Part shown: positions 1 through 11,357 of the stretch, in pieces
Layout of the letters: each line of letters begins with the position of its first letter
Numbering within the stretch: position 1 is the first letter of the stretch
Assembly (NCBI GenBank): GCA_963832165.1
Contig: CAWHTE010000004.1
Location: 448,001 to 512,000, forward strand
Length of the DNA: 64,000 nucleotides
From: an uncultured delta proteobacterium
GTDB taxonomy: Bacteria; Myxococcota_A; UBA9160; SMWR01
Direction of reading: 5' to 3'
Made by a program: the position numbers and the translations under genes
Notes under the pieces: model-generated
Databases searched by the model: none
The model's input: only the letters and a program-made list of their open reading frames with translations
What the model was told of the DNA's origin: nothing

Positions 1-358
1 GGTCGAACACGCGCCGTTGGATCTCGGTCTCGTCCGGCCGCTCGCGGCGCGCCTTCACGCGCATGCCGAACGCGACGTTCTCGAATACGTTCATGTGCCG
101 GAACAGCGCGTAGTGCTGGAACACGAAGCCCACGCGGCGGTCGCGCGCGGGCCGGTCCGCCACGTTCTCGTCGCCGAACCACACGCTGCCGGACTCGGGG
201 AACTCGAGCCCTGCGATGATGCGCAGGAGCGTCGTCTTGCCCGAGCCGGACGGGCCCAGGAGCGCCACGAGATCGCCGCTCGAGACGTCGAGGCTGACAT
301 CGTCGAGCACGGTGAGCGCACCGAAGTGCTTGCGAATGCCCTGGACAGCGATCTTCAT
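1..358 (-). CDS. cysA: Sulfate ABC transporter ATP-binding subunit (N-terminal part; runs off the window edge)
   Basis: Manual translation from ATG at 358: [13 protein letters not shown]...[18 protein letters not shown]...[25 protein letters not shown] (Walker A and CysA motif). ATG overlaps the cysW stop. Confidence 0.93.
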   Translation of the reverse strand, partial: MKIAVQGIRKHFGALTVLDDVSLDVSSGDLVALLGPSGSGKTTLLRIIAGLEFPESGSVWFGDENVADRPARDRRVGFVFQHYALFRHMNVFENVAFGMRVKARRERPDETEIQRRVFD

Positions 359-1251
359 CGATGACCTCCTGCCGCGCGGCGACCCATTCTCCATTCGATC
401 AACGTCTTCGCGACCAGCGTCGCGATCGCGAGCAGCGCGAGCAGCGAGGCGACTGCAAACGCCGCCGCGCCCTGGTACTCGTTGTAGAGGATCTCGACAT
501 GCAGCGGCATCGTGTTGGTCATGCCACGGATGTGCCCCGACACCACCGAGACCGCGCCGAACTCACCCATCGCGCGCGCGTTGAGCAGCACAACGCCGTA
601 GAGGAGGCCGAGCCGCACGTTAGGTAGCGTGACGCGGCGGAACGTCTGCCAGCCGCTCGCGCCGAGCGAGACGGCGGCCTCCTCCTCTTCGGTTCCCTGC
701 TCCTGCATCACCGGGATCAGCTCACGCGCCACGAACGGAAAGGTGATGAACGTGGTGGCGAGCAGGATGCCCGGCACGGCGAAGATGATCTTGATCCCGT
801 GCGCCATGAGCCAGGGCCCCAGCAGACCCTGCGCGCCGAACAGCAGCACGAAGATCAGGCCCGACACCACGGGCGACACCGCGAGCGGCAGATCGATCGC
901 GGTGATCAGCAGCGACTTCCCCCGGAAGTCGAACTTCGCGATCGCCCACGACGCAGCGATGCCGAAGACCGTGTTCAGCGGCACCGAGATCGCGGCGACG
1001 AGCAGCGTGAGCCGGATCGCCGCGAGGGCGGTCGGCTCGCGGATCGCCTCGACGTAGGCGGACGTACCCTTGGCGAGCGCCTCGATGAACACGGTCGCGA
1101 GCGGCAGCACGAGGAACAGGCCCAGGAAGGTGAGTGCGGTACCGATCAGCAGCGCGCGCACCCATCCCGGGTCGCGGGTGGCGGCGCGCGGAAGCGGGCG
1201 CGGCGCGGTGGCGGGAGTCCAATCGGTCGCCGAGGAGGTCGCCGTCGACAT
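355..1251 (-). CDS. cysW: Sulfate ABC transporter permease CysW
   Basis: [37 protein letters not shown] and [19 protein letters not shown] motifs; position in operon. Confidence 0.95.
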   Translation of the reverse strand: MSTATSSATDWTPATAPRPLPRAATRDPGWVRALLIGTALTFLGLFLVLPLATVFIEALAKGTSAYVEAIREPTALAAIRLTLLVAAISVPLNTVFGIAASWAIAKFDFRGKSLLITAIDLPLAVSPVVSGLIFVLLFGAQGLLGPWLMAHGIKIIFAVPGILLATTFITFPFVARELIPVMQEQGTEEEEAAVSLGASGWQTFRRVTLPNVRLGLLYGVVLLNARAMGEFGAVSVVSGHIRGMTNTMPLHVEILYNEYQGAAAFAVASLLALLAIATLVAKTLIEWRMGRRAAGGHR

Positions 1252-2093
1252 CACGCCATCTCCGCCGCGCCCGCAAGCCGGCGCTGTCCCCAGCGCTGGA
1301 GCGCGTTGATCCCGAGCAGCAGCGCGAACGAGATCACGAGCAGCACCACGGCGATCCCGGTCGCGCCGGCGTAGTCGTACTGCTCGAGCTGCGTGACGAT
1401 CAATAGCGGTGCGATCTCGGTGCGCATGGGCAGGTTGCCGGAGATGAACACCACCGATCCGTACTCGCCGACGCCGCGCGCGAACGCGAGCGCGAAGCCG
1501 GTGGTCAGCGCAGGCCAGAGCGTCGGGAACAGCACGCGCCGGAACGTCAGCCAGCGACTCGCGCCCAGGCTCGCGGCGGCCTCCTCGAGCTCGGGCTCGA
1601 GGTCCTGGAGCACGGGCTGTACGGTGCGCACCACGAACGGCAGGCCGATGAACACGAGCGCCACCGCGACGCCCAGAGGCGTATAGGCGACCTCGATGCC
1701 GAGGGGCTCGAGCCGCGAGCCGATCCAGCCGTTCTTCGCGAGCAGCGCCGTGAGCGTGATGCCGGCCACCGCGGTCGGAAGCGCGAACGGCAGATCGACC
1801 AGCGCATCGAACAGCCGCCGGCCCGGGAAGCGATACCGCACCAGCACCCACGCGACCACGAGCCCGAACACGGCGTTCACGGCGGCGGCCGCGAACGCGG
1901 CGCCGAACGACAGGCGATACGAGGCGAGCGCGCGCGGCGATGTCACGGCGGCGAAGAACGCGTCGAAGCCGAGCGCGGCCGACTTCACGAACAAACCCGC
2001 CAGCGGGATCAACACGAGCAGCGAGAGATAGGCGAGCGTGAAGCCGAGCGTGAGCCCGAACCCCGGCAGCACCGACCCGCGTTTGCGCAGCAC
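1251..2093 (-). CDS. cysT: Sulfate ABC transporter permease CysT
   Basis: [27 protein letters not shown] and [12 protein letters not shown] motifs; GTG start at 2093 just after the sbp stop. Confidence 0.95.
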   Translation of the reverse strand: MLRKRGSVLPGFGLTLGFTLAYLSLLVLIPLAGLFVKSAALGFDAFFAAVTSPRALASYRLSFGAAFAAAAVNAVFGLVVAWVLVRYRFPGRRLFDALVDLPFALPTAVAGITLTALLAKNGWIGSRLEPLGIEVAYTPLGVAVALVFIGLPFVVRTVQPVLQDLEPELEEAAASLGASRWLTFRRVLFPTLWPALTTGFALAFARGVGEYGSVVFISGNLPMRTEIAPLLIVTQLEQYDYAGATGIAVVLLVISFALLLGINALQRWGQRRLAGAAEMA

Positions 2094-2095
2094 GC

Positions 2096-3085
2096 TCAGC
2101 GCCCCGGCTGGTAGATCTGATCGAACACGCCGCCGTCGGCGAAGAACTTCGCCTGGGCTGCCTTCCAGCCGCCGAAGTCGTCGATCTTGATCAGCTCGGT
2201 CTTCGGGAACTTCGCGGCGTGCTTCTTTGCCACGGCCGCCACGCTCGGCCGGTAGTGATGTTTCGCGATCACGTCCTGGGCTTCGGGGCTGTAGAGGTAC
2301 TCCAGGTAGGCGGTCGCGACGCCCGAGCTGCCCTTGCGCCGTGCGACGACGTCGACCACCGCGACGGGCGGCTCCGCCAGGATGCTGACCGACGGCACCA
2401 CGATCTCGAACTGGCCCTTGCCGAGCTCCTCCACGGCGAGCTGCGCCTCGTTCTCCCACGCGACCAGTACGTCGCCGATTCCCCGCTCGACGAACGTGGT
2501 GGTGGAGCCGCGCGCGCCGGTATCGAGCACGGGGGCGTTCTTGTAGATCGCCGCGACCAGCTCGCGCGCCTTCGCCTCGTTCTTCGCGTTCTTTCGCAGC
2601 GCATAACCCCACGCGGCGAGGAAATTCCAGCGAGCCCCGCCCGAGGTCTTCGGGTTGGGCGTGATCACCGCGACGCCCGCGCGCGCGAGGTCGTTCCAGT
2701 CGCGGATCTGCTTGGGATTGCCCTTGCGCACCAGGAACACGATCGTCGAGGTGTAAGGGCAGCTGCGGTTCGGCAGCCGGTCCTGCCACGTGCGCGGGAC
2801 GAGCTGGCCGCGATCGACCAGCTGATCGATGTCGCCCGCGAGCGCGAGCGTCACCACGTCGGCCTCGAGCCCGTCGAGCACGGCGCGCGCCTGTTTACCC
2901 GAGCCACCGTGTGACTGGTGCACGACGACCTTCTCTCCGTGCTCTTTCTGCCAGTGCGCCGCGAACAGCGCGTTGTACTCCTCGTAGAGCTCGCGCGTCG
3001 GGTCGTACGAGACATTGAGCAGCTCGACGTCCGCGCGCGCAGAGACGGCCGCCAGGGCCAGAGAAACGAACAGCAAGCGGTACAT
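2096..3085 (-). CDS. sbp: Sulfate ABC transporter substrate-binding protein (Sbp/CysP family)
   Basis: Signal peptide followed by [24 protein letters not shown] and [13 protein letters not shown]. Confidence 0.95.
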   Translation of the reverse strand: MYRLLFVSLALAAVSARADVELLNVSYDPTRELYEEYNALFAAHWQKEHGEKVVVHQSHGGSGKQARAVLDGLEADVVTLALAGDIDQLVDRGQLVPRTWQDRLPNRSCPYTSTIVFLVRKGNPKQIRDWNDLARAGVAVITPNPKTSGGARWNFLAAWGYALRKNAKNEAKARELVAAIYKNAPVLDTGARGSTTTFVERGIGDVLVAWENEAQLAVEELGKGQFEIVVPSVSILAEPPVAVVDVVARRKGSSGVATAYLEYLYSPEAQDVIAKHHYRPSVAAVAKKHAAKFPKTELIKIDDFGGWKAAQAKFFADGGVFDQIYQPGR

Positions 3086-3093
3086 GCGTTCTC

Positions 3094-4513
3094 CTAATAC
3101 GAAAGCTGCAGACGGGTGAGGATCGTGTCCTCGCTGGGCCGATCGCGGCCGTCCGGAGCGCCGCCGTTGAACCACGTGTGGTCGAAGTTCGCCATCACGC
3201 GGACATAACGGTTCAGGTACCAGTTGAGGCCGACCGTCCAACCCTGGGCGCGACCCGCGGAGGCGGTCGAGCTCGCGAAGGTCGGAAACGAATCGGAATC
3301 GAAGTCGATCTCGTTGTACCGGCCGGCGATCTCGAACGCGCCCCAGGTGCCCTTGGACGGATCGAACGGGGAGCTCGGGATCAATCCCTTGTAGGAGGCG
3401 TTCTCACCCGTGAGCGCGACGCTCGCCGCCACCTGCCAGGCGTCGTGGCGCAGATCCTCCTTCTCCGAGGGTGTTTCCGGCAGCGCAGTGAAGTCGCGGT
3501 GCAGCTCCTGCTCCGAGATGCACGTATTCGCCGAGCAGGCCGAACGGGCCCGCGTACCAGTACGCCTGCGGCGACCAGCGGATCCGCCGGCCCTCGCCGG
3601 TGACCGGCTGAAGACCTCCCACGGCGCCGAGGTAGGCGAAGTAGTTCGTGGAAGCGGCGATCGCGCGGAATGCCGTGGGCGTCTGCTCGTCCACGTCGCC
3701 CCAACTGCCGGCGCTGCCGATTCCGAAGCCGTCGAGCCACTCGTTGCCGAGCGGACGGAACGGGTGCAGGAAGAGGCGGCCGACCACGTCCTTGCCGTCG
3801 TCGGTGTCGACGTCCTGCGTGCCGCCGTCGCGCACGCCGTTGAACCCACCGACCTGATAGGTGACGAAGCCGTTGGCGAGCTCGCCGTGGACCATCACGC
3901 CGAGGTCGCGGCTCGGCACCAGCAACGTCGGGAATCCGCGCTCGATGAACATCGTCGCGGTCGCCGACTGCAGGCGCTCGAGCCCGAGCGGCGGCTTGAA
4001 CTTGCCGGCCTGGAGCTGGAGTGGTGTCAGGTAGCGGAAGTTCACGTACGCATCGAAGAGCGTGGCGGTGCTGTTCGCGAAGTCCGGCATCACGCGGAAG
4101 TCGACGAACTCGAAGACGGTGCCCTCGACGAACGGACGCACGCGCCGGAACGCGAACGTGTCGTCGCCGACGTCCTCGCCTTGCGTGAGCCAGCGCGAGT
4201 CGAACTGGGTGTAGCCGCGCAGCTTGATCTGGAACTTCCCGTCCGGTGAACGCAGGAAGAAACCATCGGGTCCGGCACCTGCAGTGGCGGTGCGGCTGGC
4301 CTTCTGCTGCGCGTCCTCCTCCTGCACCTCGAGCTTGCGCTTGAGGAGCTGGACCTCCTGCTCGATGTCGCGCAGGCGCTCGCGATCGGCCTCGATCGAG
4401 CGGGATGCGGGCGCGCTCGGTCGCGGCGCCGGCTCGGCTGGCTGGGCGGCCAGCGGCGAGTCGCCAGCAGAGGGCGAGTGCCGCGGCGAGCGGGTCACGA
4501 ATCGCTTCGGCAA
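3094..4513 (-). CDS. OprO/OprP-family anion-selective porin (one frameshift near 3520)
   Basis: [26 protein letters not shown] and [10 protein letters not shown] motifs; aromatic C-terminus (RLQLSY); AGGAGG RBS. Split between ORFs 3404..4513 and 3094..3849. Confidence 0.85.
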
Positions 4514-4542
4514 GGTGATCCTCCTGGTGGTGCGCGGCCGGG

Positions 4543-4558
4543 AGCAACGCCGTGCCGA
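4543..4558 (-). promoter_or_regulatory. Candidate sigma54 (-24/-12) promoter of the porin-sulfate operon
   Basis: Minus strand reads TCGGCACGGCGTTGCT, against consensus TGGCACG-N4-TTGC. GG-to-GC spacing is 9 rather than 10 nt (possible sequencing deletion). An AT-rich tract and a divergent enhancer-binding protein gene lie upstream. Confidence 0.45.
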
Positions 4559-4685
4559 GCGATGGAAGATTCGTTTCTCTTGTGTTTACAGATACTTGAA
4601 GATCTCATCCCAGTACGGGCAATTCGCCCATTAAATACGCGGTCGCTTCCGTGTCATTGATCGGCCGCTATCAAATGCGATGGCT

Positions 4686-6247
4686 ATGGATCAGTCGCTG
4701 CCGGCGATCGAGGCTTCCTGATCGAGGTCTGGAAGGAGGCCTGTCAGCACATCGAGCTCGCCGAAGCGGCGGCGCGCATCCTCCCGCACCTGGCCAGCGC
4801 ACTGCCGATCGCGCAGCTCGCGGTGCGCGAGCTCGATCTGTCGCGGCATGCGATCGAGACACTGGCCATGGCTCCGGACGACCCGTCCGGCGCGGGCCCC
4901 GCGCGCACCGAGTTGCGCGCCGACGAGCTCGACGCGATCGTGGCCTGGTGTCGCAGCGGCGCGATCGAGCGCGCCGCTGCGGGTGCGCTGCGGCGTAGAC
5001 TTCCCGGCCTCCTGCCCGCAGGCGCCGAAGGCGAGCTGATGGTGGGCGCGCTGCGGCGCCCGCGATCGCGCGCCAGGCGTACTGATCCTCGAGGCGGCGC
5101 CGGGCGAGCGCTTCGAGCGCGCGCACGAGGCGATAGCGCGCGAGCTGCTCGAGCCGTTCACGGCCGCGCTCGAGAACGACCGCCGCCTGCGCGACGTCGC
5201 CTCGGGGCGCGAGGCCGCGCAGGCCGAACGCGCGGCGCTGCGCTCGCGACTCGGGCGCAGCGAGCTCAGCGACCCGATCGTGGGCGCCGACGCGGGGCTC
5301 GCTCCCGTAATGGAGCGCGTCGGCCTGGTCGCAGCGCTCGACGTGCCCGTGCTCGTGCTCGGCGAGACCGGCTCGGGCAAGGAAGTGGTGGCGCGCGCGA
5401 TCCACACGCGCTCCCCGCGCGCGGCGGCGCCTTTCCTGCGCGTGAACTGCGGCGCGATTCCGCCCGGCCTGATCGACTCGGAGCTGTTCGGCCACGAGCG
5501 CGGCAGCTTCACGGGCGCGCTCGCGGAGCGGCACGGCTGGTTCGAGCGCGCCGACCGCGGGACGCTCTTCCTCGACGAGATCGGCGAGCTGCCGCTCGAG
5601 GCGCAGGTGCGGCTGCTGCGCGTGCTCCAGGACCACACGCTCGAGCGCGTCGGGCGGCCATCGCCCGGTGTCGGTCGACGTGCGAATCGTCGCGGCCACG
5701 CACCGCGATCTGCGCGAGCTGATCGCGCGAGGGGCGCTTCCGCGAGGATCTCTGGTACCGGATCGCGGTGTTCTCGATCGACCTTCCGCCGCTGCGCGAC
5801 CGGATCGAGGACGTGCCCGCTCTCGCGAACCACTTCGCGCTGCGCGCGGCGCACCGCTTCGGAACGCCGCCGCGGATTCCCACGCCGGCGGATCTCGAGC
5901 TGCTCGTCGCGTACGCGTGGCCCGGCAACGTGCGCGAGCTGATCGCGGTGATCGAGCGCGCAGTGATCCTCGGGAACGGCACGCGGCTCGAGGTAGCGAA
6001 GGCGCTCGGCGTCGCGCCGGGCTCGTCTCTGACGGCCTCGATTCCCCGCGAACCCGGGGTGGCGGACGACGGGTTCGCGTCGCTCGATCAGGCGATCGCG
6101 CGACACATCGAGGCGGCGCTCGTGCGCGCGCGCGGGAAGATCGAAGGGAAGGGCGGTGCCGCGGAGCTGCTAGGCGTGAACCCGCACACGCTGCGCGCGC
6201 GCATGCGCCGCCTCGCGCTGGACTGGCGGCGGTTCCGCGAGGCGTGA
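4686..6247 (+). CDS. Sigma54-dependent enhancer-binding protein (FhlA/NifA-like AAA+ with HTH; several frameshifts)
   Basis: [41 protein letters not shown] and C-terminal [20 protein letters not shown], pieced together from 3-4 frames. Confidence 0.9.
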
Positions 6248-6305
6248 GCCGCGTCGGGGTGCAGCGGATCGGTCGGGACGCCGATAGAGTTGGACGGGGG
6301 GACGG

Positions 6306-7139
6306 ATGCACAGACGCGCGGCATCTCTGTTGTGCGCCGTAGTCGTGATCGGCCTCGCCGCGATGGCCGCCGCGCAGGTGGTGCGCGTCTACGAAATGAG
6401 GCACCGCACCGCCGAGGAGCTGGTTCCGCTCGTAGAGACCGCGATGACGGGTGAGGGACGCGTCTCGGCCGATCGCCGGACCAACTCGCTGGTGCTGTCG
6501 GGCTCGCCGCGCGCGGTGGCGAGCGCGCTCGAGCTGCTGCGCTCGCTCGATGTGCGCCCGCGCACCGTGGTGCTGCACTACGAAGCGCGCAGCTCGGGCG
6601 AGCTCGCTGCAGGGGGCGCGAGCGTGAAATGGCGGGTCGGCGCGGGCAGCTTCCGCGTCGCAGACGTCAGCTGGCCGACCGGTGCGGCTGCGCTCGCGAT
6701 CGACGCCGAGAGCGAAGCTTCGCGCCGCAGCTCGACGCTCGCGGGACAGCTGCGCATTCTCGACGGCCAGACGGGCCAGATCGCTACGGGCGCTTCGCTA
6801 CCGATCACCACGCGTCGGATCCAGCGCAGCGGGCGGGTCGAGGTCGTCGAGGAGGCCACGCACTACGTGTCGGCCCAGGCGGGCTTCGAGGCGAGTCCGC
6901 GCGTGCTGCGCGACGGGCAGGTGGAGCTCGCACTGCGCCCATTCGATGAGTCGCTGCGGCCGGGCGGCGCGATCCAGCGCGCGAGCGCGGACACGGTGCT
7001 CGTGCTCACGCCTGGCGCAACGGTCGCGATCGGCGGGATCGTGCGCGAGCAGAGCTCGCAGCGCGGCGCGTTCTCGGGAGGTGGCGCGCGCGGCGAGTCG
7101 GAGCAGAGCGTGCTGCTCGTGACCGTGGAGGTCGAGTAG
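6306..7139 (+). CDS. Short secretin-like protein (NolW/N3 domain plus truncated secretin C domain)
   Basis: Signal peptide; HRTAEELVPLV...ADRRTNSLVLSG...LRSLDVRPR (N3 pattern); C-terminal GATVAIGG. Confidence 0.65.
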   Translation: MHRRAASLLCAVVVIGLAAMAAAQVVRVYEMRHRTAEELVPLVETAMTGEGRVSADRRTNSLVLSGSPRAVASALELLRSLDVRPRTVVLHYEARSSGELAAGGASVKWRVGAGSFRVADVSWPTGAAALAIDAESEASRRSSTLAGQLRILDGQTGQIATGASLPITTRRIQRSGRVEVVEEATHYVSAQAGFEASPRVLRDGQVELALRPFDESLRPGGAIQRASADTVLVLTPGATVAIGGIVREQSSQRGAFSGGGARGESEQSVLLVTVEVE

Positions 7140-7141
7140 AC

Positions 7142-8236
7142 ATGGTGCCCGATCGCAGTGCGACGGAGCGGCGCTTCGAGCTCGCGATCACGGGTGCGGC
7201 GCTCGTGCTGCTCCTGGTCGGTTGCGCGATGGTGCTGCGCCCGTTCGGGACGTCACTTCTGTGGGCCGTCGTGCTCTGGCTCGCAACGGCCCCGCTGCAC
7301 CAGCAGGTGCTCTCGTGGGTGGGTGGACGGCATACGGCCGCCGCAGCGCTCATGACGCTCGGGATCGCGTCGGTGTTGCTCCTGCCGATCCTCGTGGTCG
7401 GGTTCAGCATGGCGGACAGCGTGCGCGACCTCGCGGTCGCGACGCGCCACTGGTTCGAAGCGGGGCCGCCGCAGCCGCCGGCCTGGCTCTACTCGGTGCC
7501 GCTCGTCGGTGGTTATGTCGCGGACCGCTGGGCCGAGCTCGCCGGGGACAGCCAGCGCATGTTCGAGGAGGGCCAGCGATTGATCGAGCCCGTGACGTCG
7601 TGGCTCTTCAGCGGCGGGATCACGATCGGCCGAGGCGTGACCGAGCTTGCGTTGAGCATCTTCATCGCATTCTTCCTGTACCGCGATCGCGTCGCGTTCG
7701 GCGACCGCTTCCGCGCGGCAGCGGCGCGGATCGCGGGTCCGAGCGCCGAGCCGCTGATCGATCTCGCGATCAACACGCTGCACAGCGTCGTGTACGGAAT
7801 CCTCGGCACCGCGGTGGCACAGGGCGTCGTGGCGGGCATCGGCTTCCTGATCGCGGGCGTGCCCGGTGCGATCCTGCTCGGCTTCCTCACGTTCTTCATG
7901 TCGATCGTGCCGATGGGGCCTCCGCTGGTGTGGGTGCCGGCCACGGTGTGGCTGTATCAGAGCGGTTCGGACGGCTGGGCGCTGTTCATGCTGATCTGGG
8001 GCTTCGGCGTCTCGAGCATCGACAACTTCCTCAAGCCGTGGTTGATCTCGCAGGGCAGCACGTTGCCGTTCATCCTGATCTTCTTCGGCGTGATCGGAGG
8101 CGTGCTCGCCTTCGGCTTCATCGGCATCTTCCTGGGTCCGACGCTGCTCGCGGTGGGCTACCGGCTCGTGCTCGACTGGGCGGTCGTGGCGCGCCGCGTT
8201 GTACCTGCGGGAGAGGCAACCGTGGCCAGCAGCTGA
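7142..8236 (+). CDS. AI-2E family transporter (YdiK-like)
   Basis: Multiple transmembrane segments; IDNFLKPWLIS and GVIGGVLAFGFIGIFLGP signature. Confidence 0.9.
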   Translation: MVPDRSATERRFELAITGAALVLLLVGCAMVLRPFGTSLLWAVVLWLATAPLHQQVLSWVGGRHTAAAALMTLGIASVLLLPILVVGFSMADSVRDLAVATRHWFEAGPPQPPAWLYSVPLVGGYVADRWAELAGDSQRMFEEGQRLIEPVTSWLFSGGITIGRGVTELALSIFIAFFLYRDRVAFGDRFRAAAARIAGPSAEPLIDLAINTLHSVVYGILGTAVAQGVVAGIGFLIAGVPGAILLGFLTFFMSIVPMGPPLVWVPATVWLYQSGSDGWALFMLIWGFGVSSIDNFLKPWLISQGSTLPFILIFFGVIGGVLAFGFIGIFLGPTLLAVGYRLVLDWAVVARRVVPAGEATVASS

Positions 8237-8251
8237 CTCGAACTCGCTGCG

Positions 8252-10396
8252 TCAGGCGCGGCGCCCCGGCGTGCTCCAGCCCGGCGGCGCCGTGACGACG
8301 ACGACCGTGGGCGCGGCTTCCTCGAGCAGGTACTCGACCCCGTGCCCGAGGAACGGCCGCTCGCTGAGCTGGCGCAGGTTGGCCGCGAGCACGAGCAGGT
8401 CGACGTGCTTCTCGCGCGTGAGCTTGAGGATCTCCTCGGACGCCGACTGGCCCGTGCAGATCGCGGGCTCGGCGCGCACGCCGAGCTCGCGCGCGAGCGC
8501 CATCGCTTCCTCGACCACGTGCCCGGCGACCTCCGCTCGCGGGGCGCTCGAAATGTCGCGGCCGTACGACATGGCCCACCCGACCGAGGGCATCGTCACC
8601 ACGTGCGCGAGCAGCACGCGCGCGTCGAGACGCTTGGCCACGCCATACGCGACCTCGAGCGCCGCGCGCCCCGGCAGCGTTCCGACCGCGGGCACGAGCA
8701 CGCGCCGCACGCGCAGGCCCTCGTCGGGCGCGCGAGACTTGCCTTGCCGCACCATGATCACGGGCAGCGGGCTCGTCGCGAGCAGCTCGTCGACGATGGG
8801 CGAGATCAGCGTGCCGGCGATCCGCTCGTCGGTGGCGCCGACCGCGATCGCGCCGTAGCCGAGCCCCGCCTGGTCGAGGATCGCGCGCAGCGGCTCTTTT
8901 CCCGCCTCGTGCTGGTAGGTCATCGGGCGCTTCGCGAGCACGTTGCGCACACGCTCGAGATCTTCGCTGGGCACGTCGCGACCCGCGGAGAGCACGGTCA
9001 CCTCGGTTTGCTCGGGCCAGGCGAGATCGACGAGCCGGGCCGCGAGTACGGAGTTCGGGCCGCCGTGGCTCGGCAGGAGCACGCGCGCGTCGCGCACGAG
9101 GATGTTGCCGCCGATCTGGCGCTCGTGCGCGAGCCGCGCCTGCTCTTCCTCGGACCCGTGCCAGCCTCGCAGCACGAGGCGCAGCAGCGGGGGCGCCATC
9201 ATCGAGGTGACCACCGCGAGCAACACGACGACCGCATAGGAGGAGTCGTTGAGCACGCCGAGCGAGAGTCCGACCGTGGCGACCACGATCTCGACCGCGC
9301 CGCGCGCGTTGAGGCCGATGCCGAGCGCGAGTCCTTCGCGCATCGGCAGCGCGGCGAGCCGCGAACCGAGGTAGGCGCCACCCGCCTTCGAGATGCTCGC
9401 CACCGCGACGACGATCGCGCCCCAGCCGAGAACCTCCGGGTCGCGCAACAAGCCCAGGTCGACGCGCAGACCCGCCGTCGCGAAGAACAGCGGCGCAAAG
9501 AACGAGCGCGTGACGCCGTCGATCTGGTCGACCACGTCGCTGTCGTGGAAGCGCGAGCGGCCGAGCACGATGCCCGCGATGAACGCGCCGAACACCGCCT
9601 CGAGGCCGAGCGCGTGAGTGGTGGCGCCCGATGCCAGCGCCACGAGGAGTACCGCCGTGAGGTGCGCGGGCAGACCCCATCCGCGCACGCGCACCGCGCG
9701 CAGCAGCGCGTCGACGAGGCGCTGTCCGAGCGTGAAGGCGAGGCCCAGGAAGATCACGAGGCCCGCGACCGTGATCGCGAGCTGGGCCGCGTCGAGCGAG
9801 CCCGACTTGGCGAGGCCCGCGACCATGCCGAGCAGGATCCAGCCCGCGATGTCGTCGGCCATCGCGGCCGCGATCAGCACCTGCGCGATGTTGCGGCGCA
9901 TCAGGGCGAGGTCGGAGAGGATCTTCGCGATCACGGGCAGCGCCGAGATCCCGAGCGCCGTGCCCATGAAGAGCGCGAACACGAGGGGCTCGGTCGTGCC
10001 GCCCACGAAGCTCGCGGGCAGTGCCAGACCGAGGCCGACGCCCGCGAGCACGGGCAGAACGAGGCTCCCGATCGCCACGCGCGCGGTGGCGCGGCCGAGG
10101 CTGCGGATCAGCGCGATGTCGGTCTCGAGCCCCGTCAGGATCAGCAGCAGGAATACACCGATCCACGCGGGCCCCGCGAGCAGCGCGCGCTGCACCGGCT
10201 CGGCGGGGAACAGCCACTCGTGCAGTCCCGGCGCGAGATGTCCGAGCACGCTCGGCCCGAGCAAGAGGCCCGCGGCGAGCTCGCCGATCACGGCGGGCTG
10301 ACCGATCGCGCGCAGCGCACCGCCGAGCGCGCGCGCGGTGAGCAGCAGTGCGAGCAGCTGGAGCCAGAACAGCAACAGCTGGTGTTCGGTGGGCAT
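8252..10396 (-). CDS. Cation:proton antiporter (CPA2) with C-terminal universal-stress-protein domains
   Basis: GQPAVIGELAAGLLLGPS, SALPVIAKIL and GLNARGAVEIV; C-terminus has GHGVEYLLEEAAPTVVVV (USP-like). Confidence 0.88.
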   Translation of the reverse strand: MPTEHQLLLFWLQLLALLLTARALGGALRAIGQPAVIGELAAGLLLGPSVLGHLAPGLHEWLFPAEPVQRALLAGPAWIGVFLLLILTGLETDIALIRSLGRATARVAIGSLVLPVLAGVGLGLALPASFVGGTTEPLVFALFMGTALGISALPVIAKILSDLALMRRNIAQVLIAAAMADDIAGWILLGMVAGLAKSGSLDAAQLAITVAGLVIFLGLAFTLGQRLVDALLRAVRVRGWGLPAHLTAVLLVALASGATTHALGLEAVFGAFIAGIVLGRSRFHDSDVVDQIDGVTRSFFAPLFFATAGLRVDLGLLRDPEVLGWGAIVVAVASISKAGGAYLGSRLAALPMREGLALGIGLNARGAVEIVVATVGLSLGVLNDSSYAVVVLLAVVTSMMAPPLLRLVLRGWHGSEEEQARLAHERQIGGNILVRDARVLLPSHGGPNSVLAARLVDLAWPEQTEVTVLSAGRDVPSEDLERVRNVLAKRPMTYQHEAGKEPLRAILDQAGLGYGAIAVGATDERIAGTLISPIVDELLATSPLPVIMVRQGKSRAPDEGLRVRRVLVPAVGTLPGRAALEVAYGVAKRLDARVLLAHVVTMPSVGWAMSYGRDISSAPRAEVAGHVVEEAMALARELGVRAEPAICTGQSASEEILKLTREKHVDLLVLAANLRQLSERPFLGHGVEYLLEEAAPTVVVVTAPPGWSTPGRRA

Positions 10397-10436
10397 GGCG
10401 GCCCCTACGCTAGCTTCCTCGTCGAACTACCGTTGC

Positions 10437-11351
10437 ATGCCGAATCCCGAGATCGTTCCCTACGACGAGTTCGCGCTATTCCACGAGAACGCCCAGGAGT
10501 TCGGCCTTCCGTATCCGGGGCCCCCGGTGGTCCGGCGCGTCGCAACCGAGGTCGGCGACGGCCGCCGACTCAGCTCGCTCGTGTGGGGAGAGTCGGAGCC
10601 CGAGCTCGTGCTCCTTCACGGCGGAGCACAGAACGCGCACACGTGGGACACGGTGGCGCTCGCGCTCGCGCGCCCGCTCGTCTGCATCGATCTGCCGGGT
10701 CACGGTCACTCGGACGGAGCCGCCGACGGGACGGTGAACTTCTACCGCAACGCGCGCGATGTCGCGCAGGTGGTGCGCGAGCTCGCACCGAGCGCGCGCG
10801 GAGTGGTCGGGATGTCGCTGGGCGGCCTGACCACGCTCGCACTCGTGGATCAGTTCCCCGAGCTCGTGCGCGCGGCCGTGCTCGTCGACGTGACCCCGGG
10901 CGTCAATCAGGAGAAGGCGCGCGCGATCACCGCCTTCGTCGACGGCCCCGCGAGCTTTCCTAGCTTCGACGCACTGCTCGCGCGCACGATCGAGCACAAC
11001 CCGACGCGCTCGGTGTCTTCGCTGCGGCGCGGCATCCTGCACAACGCCGTCCAGCGCGACGACGGCACCTGGGTGTGGCGCCACCGGCGCTTCCTCGAGC
11101 CCGGTCGCCGAGGCGAGTTTCCGCGCTTCGGCGATCTCTGGGAGGCGATCTCCGCGATCGCGGTGCCGCTCATGCTCGTGCGCGGGATGCGCGCGCAGTC
11201 GGTCGTGAACGATGCGGACGAGGCCGAGCTCTTGCGCCGCTGTCCGAAGGCGCGCGTCGCGCGTGTGCCGAACGCGGGTCACAGCATCCAGGGCGACGCC
11301 CCGCTCGAGCTGGCGCGACTGATCTCGGAGTTCGTCTTCGGGCACTCGTGA
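10437..11351 (+). CDS. Alpha/beta-fold hydrolase
   Basis: LLHGGAQNAHTW, DLPGHGHS, nucleophile motif GMSLGG and AGHSIQGD. Confidence 0.9.
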   Translation: MPNPEIVPYDEFALFHENAQEFGLPYPGPPVVRRVATEVGDGRRLSSLVWGESEPELVLLHGGAQNAHTWDTVALALARPLVCIDLPGHGHSDGAADGTVNFYRNARDVAQVVRELAPSARGVVGMSLGGLTTLALVDQFPELVRAAVLVDVTPGVNQEKARAITAFVDGPASFPSFDALLARTIEHNPTRSVSSLRRGILHNAVQRDDGTWVWRHRRFLEPGRRGEFPRFGDLWEAISAIAVPLMLVRGMRAQSVVNDADEAELLRRCPKARVARVPNAGHSIQGDAPLELARLISEFVFGHS

Positions 11352-11357
11352 TCCCGC

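Noticed and set aside
8118..10963. Long overlapping or antisense ORFs (e.g. 8342..10963, 8118..10217; likewise 25272..27566, 35228..37318, 47071..49353)
   Set aside because: Shadow frames expected in very GC-rich DNA. The recognisable protein lies in another frame, or only part of the ORF is real.
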